Assembly (NCBI RefSeq): GCF_009914755.1
Contig: NC_060947.1
DNA length: 64,000 nucleotides
From: the human T2T-CHM13v2.0 reference genome, Homo sapiens
Direction: 5' to 3' (one strand)
Under the pieces are notes generated by a model. The model saw nothing but the letters and a program-made list of their open reading frames with translations. It ran no database searches and was not told the origin of the DNA. A program made the position numbers and the translations under genes. Below are positions 58,052 through 64,000 of the stretch, one piece after another; positions within the stretch are counted from its first letter, which is position 1; every line of letters begins with the position of its first letter.

Positions 58052-59174
58052 ATCTTTTGGACCAGAGTGGTTACAATAGATGACTTGTATGAAGTTTCCA
58101 TAATGCATTCCTTTTGTATAAGAATTGCTTCTATCTATATGTATCTTGTAACATCGTATTTGTACCTTAAATAAACTCAATAAAATTATTTGAAAAATTA
58201 CTTATTGTATTCTCTCCATATAGCATAGATATTAGTATAATTCAGATTGTAAAATGGAGGAAGGAATAAAAATGTAAATGATTATCTGCGAAAACAGCAC
58301 ATCTTAAAATGTAGTTTGTTAGGTGTCAGTGCTTTACAAACAAAATTACAACTAAATATAAGTGTCAGAGGAGCCTGAAAAGACAAATATCAAGCAAATC
58401 TCAAACACGTTTCAAAACAGTTTTGCCACAATCATAGCAGCCTAATGTCCATTGTATTAAAAATACCTTAATTCATCTCCCTTCTATGATTTTCCATCCT
58501 TCCCTTTTCACATGTAAAAGGCAGCCATAATTTTTGCATGTTTCTTACAGTAATTTTATTGGAGTTTTCTAACCTTTACCATTGGCATATTTATCTTCCT
58601 TTCGGGCCTGGTTCTACTTTATAGAAACACCATGCTATTGAAATCTCCAGACAGGGACTGTGGGGTTTGACCTCTCATCCTCATGCATTGTTAATAGAAC
58701 TTCCATCCCTTTTGTTAACACTTTGAAAATGCCAAACAATAATTTACAGCTCCTCACTCCTGCAGGGCCTTTGTAAAGAAATCTCACAGATGGTATGAAG
58801 AACTCTTAGACAGTGCATGCAGGGCTACGGATTGCAGGAATGTCTTGGAGCCTTTGTGCACTCAGGACGAGGCATGAACCATCAATGAAGAAAGGGAAAA
58901 AAGAAAACAATAATAGAACCCAAACTTGTAGCCTGTACCCTAGAATGCTTATGAACGAAGCTGTCAAAGAACCGTACCCTGTATTTATGGAGTGTGATGT
59001 TTAATTGGAACTGAATAAATCATATATTAAATAGATATATTGAAGAAAAAATAGGACCATAGATACACATGCACACATACATACACACCACATACATTAC
59101 AAATAATTTAATTTAATACATGCATGCATTGTTTATTTTTAGAGATGGTTTTCAAAACACAACATATTCTAGGG

Positions 59175-59500
59175 AAAGGGTCAGCAAATTTTTTCTAAAA
59201 AGGAACAGATAGTATGTGTTTTCGGTTTTCTAGGCCACATCCAATCTCGGTGTCAATGACTACTCATTTCTATTGTTGTAGTACAAAAACAGCCCTAAAC
59301 AATATGTAAATGAATGTGTGTAGCTGTGTTACAATAGCACTGCATTTATCAGCGCTGACATTTGAATGTCACATAATTTTAATGTCATATTATTCCTTTT
59401 ATTTTGTTCAATCATTTAAAAATGTAAAAGCTTTTATTTGCTTGCAAACTATACAAAAACAAGTGGTGAACTGTATTTGGCTCATGGGTGACATCTGCTT
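59175..59500 (+). mobile_element. MER58B (hAT-Charlie)
   Basis: gggtcagcaaattttttct...cagatagta...aaacagccctaaacaatatgtaaatgaatg. Confidence 0.8.
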
Positions 59501-59914
59501 CAAAGGATCAATATCTGTGGGATAAAATAAAAGGTTATGATGTCTAAAATTTGAAAGTATGTTAGATTTGAGAATATCTCTTAATACTTAACATAATTGA
59601 GTAACTTTCATGGACATGACTATTTGAAAGTGCTAAGATAATCACAAATTAGTTCTGTCCTCTCTGTGTTTCCTCTGCAGTTGTTATATAGGAAATTTCC
59701 TGTCCTCTGAAAAGTTATCAGCAAATTTGACTGTGTTTTTTTTTGTAAATTATCTTGTACTGGAGAGCCACCATCTCCATTTGAAATTTAATAATGTGTA
59801 ATGAAAGTAATTACTAAAAATGGCTATCAAATCTAAATTACCAAATGAAGCTAATAACAAAGAAACTGATATACTGTTCTTACTGTATACGTGTCATCAC
59901 ACTCAATCTTTCAT

Positions 59915-61100
59915 TTTTTTCATTTAAAATTTTATTTTAGGTTCAGGAGTACATGTGCAGGTTTTTTATACAGGTAAACCTGTGTCACAGGGACTTGTAC
60001 AGATTATTTCATGACCCAGGTACTAAACCTAGTATCCAATAGTGATTTTTTTCTGCTCCTCTCCCTCCTCCCACCCTCCATCTTCAAATAGGCCCCAGTG
60101 TTTTTTGTTCCCCTCTTGGTGTCCATGTGTTGTCATCATTTAGCTCCTACTTATAAGTGAGAACATGTGGATTTGTTTATCTGTTCCTGCATTAGTTTGC
60201 TAAGGATAATGGCCTCGAGCTCCATCCATCTGTGTTCCTGCAAAGAACAGCATCTCATTGCTTTTTATGGTTGCATAGTATTCCACGGTGTATATGTACC
60301 ACATTTTCTTTATATAATCTGCCATTAATGGGCATCGAGGTTAATTCCATGTGTTTGCTGTTGTGAATAGTGCAGCAATGAACATATCTGTGTATGTGTC
60401 TTTATGGTAGAACGATTTATGTACCGAAAGGTATATAAATCCCAGTAATGGGATTGCTAGGTCAAATGTTAGTTCTGTTTTTAACTCTTTGAGGAATCAC
60501 CACACTGCTTTCTATAATGATTGAACTAATCTACACTCCCACCAACAGTGTAAAAGCCTTCCCTTTTCTCTGCAACCTCACAAGCATCTATTATTTTTTG
60601 ACTTTTTAATAATAGCCATTATAACTGGTATGAGATGATATCTCATTGTGTTTTTCATTTGCATTTCTCTAATGATTAGTGATGTTGAATATTATTTATA
60701 TGCTTGTTGGCCACATGTATGCCTTCTTTTGGAAAATGTCTGTTTATGTCCTCTGCCCACTTTTTAATGGGGTTATTTGTCTTTTTCTTGTAAATTTGTT
60801 TGTTCCTTATAGATGCTGGATATTAGACCTTTGTCAGATGCATAGTTTGCAAGTATTTTCTCCCATTCTGTAGGTTGTCTGCTCACTCTGCTGATAATTT
60901 CTTTTGCTGTGCAGAAGCTCTTAAGTTTAAATATATCATATTTGTCAATTTTTGCTTTTGCTGCAATTGCATGTTTGTCATGAAATCTTTGCTGTTCCTG
61001 TGTCCAGAATGGTATTGCCTAGGTTGTCTTCCAGGGTTTTTATAGTTTTTGGTTTTATATTTAAGTCTTTAATGTATCTTGAGTTGGTTTTTGTACATGA
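59915..61100 (-). mobile_element. L1PA14/15-like 3' ~1.2 kb
   Basis: ggttcaggagtacatgtgcagg...acagattatttcatgacccaggtactaaacctagta. Confidence 0.9.
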
Positions 61101-61447
61101 CATTCCATTTAATTATAGAGCTTCAGCCAAAGTTTTCTTCACCACAATTATTTCGTTGCTGATGAAGTCTGATTTCATTGTTTTAACGTCCAAACAAACA
61201 TTGGTAGAATCTTAAGGTATATATATATATATCACATACAATTAATATATTATGTTAATCTAGCCCCCTAAATACAAGAAAGATAAGGGCTTGAAATAAA
61301 TCAATGGCTGAAAGAGAAAACAAGAAAATGTAAAATAAACATATAAGTTGTCATGCCATATTTATATAAAGTGTTTATATTCATTATTCCTATGTTTCTT
61401 TCTTACTTTTTCCATGTTTCTTTCTTTCATTTTCCACCATCGTATTT

Positions 61448-62018
61448 GTATTAGTTATCCACTGCTTCATAATAAATTACCGCAAACTTAATGGCTTAAA
61501 ACAATCTACATTTATTACCTCACAGTTTTTGTGGGTCAAGAGTTCAGGTCCAGCTGAACTGGGTTTTCTGCTCAGAGTCTTACAAAGCTGTAATCAAGGC
61601 ATTAGCTGCCTATAGTCTCATCTAGAGCTAGGTGTAATCTTCCAAACTCATGTGGTTGTTGGTTTCTTTCTTTGTGGTTCCTTGTGATTGCAGGACTGAG
61701 GTTCTTGCTTTCCTGCAGGCTGTTGGCCTGGGAGTAGGTGGTCACTCTCAGCTCTTAGAAATCCCCACAGTTCTTGCTAAATGGTCCTATCATGGCATAG
61801 CAACTTACTTCTTCAAGGCCAGCAGGAGGCTCTCTCTTGCTTGGATCTGTTAAGAGAAAGTTTTATAAATTGTGACATCATCAGGGGAGTGAGTACTCCA
61901 TTACCTTTGCCATAATTTATTGGCTAGAAGCAAGTCACAGGTTCCAGCTGACCTCAAGAGGAGGGGATTATACAAAGGCATGACTCATTGGGGGTCGCCT
62001 TAAGATATGTCCACTACA
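61448..62018 (-). mobile_element. MLT1E-like LTR
   Basis: tgtattagttatcc...aaattaccgcaaacttaatggcttaaaacaa...ctgctcagagtcttacaaagctgtaatcaagg...ccactaca. Confidence 0.82.
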
Positions 62019-62175
62019 ATACTACTAATATGGATCCAGAATGAATTGACTCAAATATTAGCCATGTAAGAATAATATTGGGATATGTTCTTGGAGAGTA
62101 TTTATCATACTGTTCTAAAATTCAATCTGTAAATATTTCTCAAGAGACATCCAATTAGAATGCAAAATCATTGAT

Positions 62176-62398
62176 CAGGGTTTCTCAGGCTGGAAACTGT
62201 TGATATTTTGGCTGAATATTCTTTGTTGTGGGAGTTGGCCTATGAATTGTAGGGTGTTTTGTAGTGGCACTGATATAGCCACTGGATGCTAGTAGCACCC
62301 CCTCCTCAAGTTGTGACGATAAAAAAATGTCTGCAGACATTGTCATACATCTTCCCTGGGGTGGAGATTAAATCACCATCAGTTAAGAACCACCACCA
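62176..62398 (+). mobile_element. MER20 (hAT-Charlie)
   Basis: cagggtttctca...ctttgttgtggg...gttgtgacgataaaaaaatgtctgcagacattg...gttaagaaccac. Confidence 0.82.
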
Positions 62399-62519
62399 CA
62401 GATAATGTCAGTCTTTAAATTTTAATACTAACCTGAGGCAGTCTTACCATTATTAAACCTTAACATGTTCACCTTACAGTGGTCCTTAGAGTGTTTTCAT
62501 GGAACAAGAGAGAAATAAA

Positions 62520-63490
62520 TGATTTGGGAATATATTTTGAAGATTTATGAAAGTGTGGAGGAAGGTGGAATCTAGGAAGGACCTATTTCTGGCCTGGATA
62601 ACTTTATAAAAGGTGGAACCATTGTATTAGTCCATTCTCACACTGCCATAAAGATCTACCTGAGAATGGATAAGTTATGAAGAAGAGAAGTTTAATTGAC
62701 TCGCAGTTATGCAGGAGGTACAGGAACCATGGTTGGGGAGGCCTCAGGAAACTTACAATCATGGCAGAAGGCAAGGGAGAAGCAAGGCATTTCTTCCCAT
62801 GGCAGGAGAAGGAGAAAGAGAGTGATGGAGGAAGTGCTACATGCTTTAAAACAACCAGATCTCCTGAGAACTGTATCACAAGACAACACTAGGGGGATGT
62901 TGCTAAACCATTAGAAACCACCCCCATGATCCAATCACCTCCTGTCAGTTCACTCCCCCAACACTGGTGATTACAATTCAACATGAGATTTGGGTGAGGA
63001 CACGAAGCCAAACCATATCAACCATGAATAGAAAAATAGAATACAGGAAGAGGTGCAGGTGTTAGGGGTGTATAGTGAAGAAGAAAAACAACATGCTGAC
63101 TGTGAGTTTTTTAATGGAATATCCAAGTGGATGTATGAAACAAATAATCGAATATATAAATCTAAAACTCTGGGGTGATATTAGAACCAAGGGCGATTGG
63201 CAAGTAGATGGTAGTTACAAGGAAGAAAGAGATGGATAAAATTACTGAGGCACAGCACGTAGATAAAACAGAGCAATGATTTGGGTAGAGGCCTTGGAAT
63301 ATGAAAGATAGAGATAGAAAAACAAGTTAATTATAAACTTCAAAAAGGAACAGACAGAGTTAGGATTAGAAACAGGGGAAAAGAGGATAATAACATGACA
63401 CTGAAGGTAATTGATAGTTTAACCAAAGAAATGTGATGATTGGTGCCAAATAAAGCATCAAAGTCCAGGAAGATATCTATTGAATTTGAC
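62520..63490 (-). mobile_element. L2 fragment split by MSTA
   Basis: Purine-rich antisense L2 motifs (gaatacaggaagagg, atatccaagtggatgt, ttggtgccaaataaagca). Confidence 0.55.
62623..63020 (-). mobile_element. MSTA solo LTR with 5-bp TSD
   Basis: tgtattagtccattctcac...gccaaaccatatca; TSD accat at 62618-62622 and 63021-63025. Confidence 0.92.
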
Positions 63491-64000
63491 AATATTAAAT
63501 CAGTTTTTTAGATTTTTCAGTGGAAGTCTGGAGGTTTATCCTTCAAAGCCTGCTTTAGTCTCCTTATTCAATGATAACTTATTTCAGTCAGGCCAGGTCA
63601 TACTGATTTTCTCTTACATAGATGTCCGAAGGACCTCGCTATGCAATAATATTATTCAAGTTTGCATTTTATCATGGTATTTTCAAATATTTTGGCTTTA
63701 GGTACAAAGATCTCTCCAAAGGGATGCATAACTCTCTTTTCTCAACCCTTGTTCTGTTTTTTTTTTTACAGAGACCTCATGAAGGGGATCTTGTTTAAAG
63801 CTTTCTTAAAACCTTAGTTGTGAAGGGTTGAGAATGAACCAAAGTCTAAGAATGTTGACTTCTAAAGAACACTACTGATTTCCAATTCAGTGTTCTTTAT
63901 TCTTGGCTATATGTCTATCTACATATCTTGGTTAAGTATTTAGATTTTAATAGTTTATATAAGAGTTACCATGTGTTGTATTGGGGTATTTATAAGGAAA

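Overview
Eukaryotic, AT-rich, CpG-depleted primate genomic DNA (Alu, THE1B, MSTA and L1PA elements point to an anthropoid, probably human). Roughly half of the window is decayed interspersed repeats: L1PA/L1PB/L1MA/L1ME, Alu, MIR, L2, L3/CR1, MaLR/ERVL LTRs and the DNA transposons Kanga1, MER1B, MER5, MER20 and MER58. I recognise no protein-coding gene, RNA gene, CpG island or CRISPR array. The listed ORFs are L1/Alu/LTR remnants or chance ORFs, so this looks like a large intron or intergenic/lncRNA territory, with a few candidate + strand exons. I see no new multi-gene biological system. What stands out is a set of retrotransposition and repair signatures readable directly from the sequence: two L1 3' transductions bounded by target-site duplications (TSDs), a ~190-bp L1 insertion with a locally templated inverted copy forming a 40-bp hairpin, a twin-primed L1 inversion, and a possibly inversion-split L1MA. 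Subfamily names come from my recollection of consensus sequences, not from a RepeatMasker run, and boundaries of old repeats are approximate (tens of bp).
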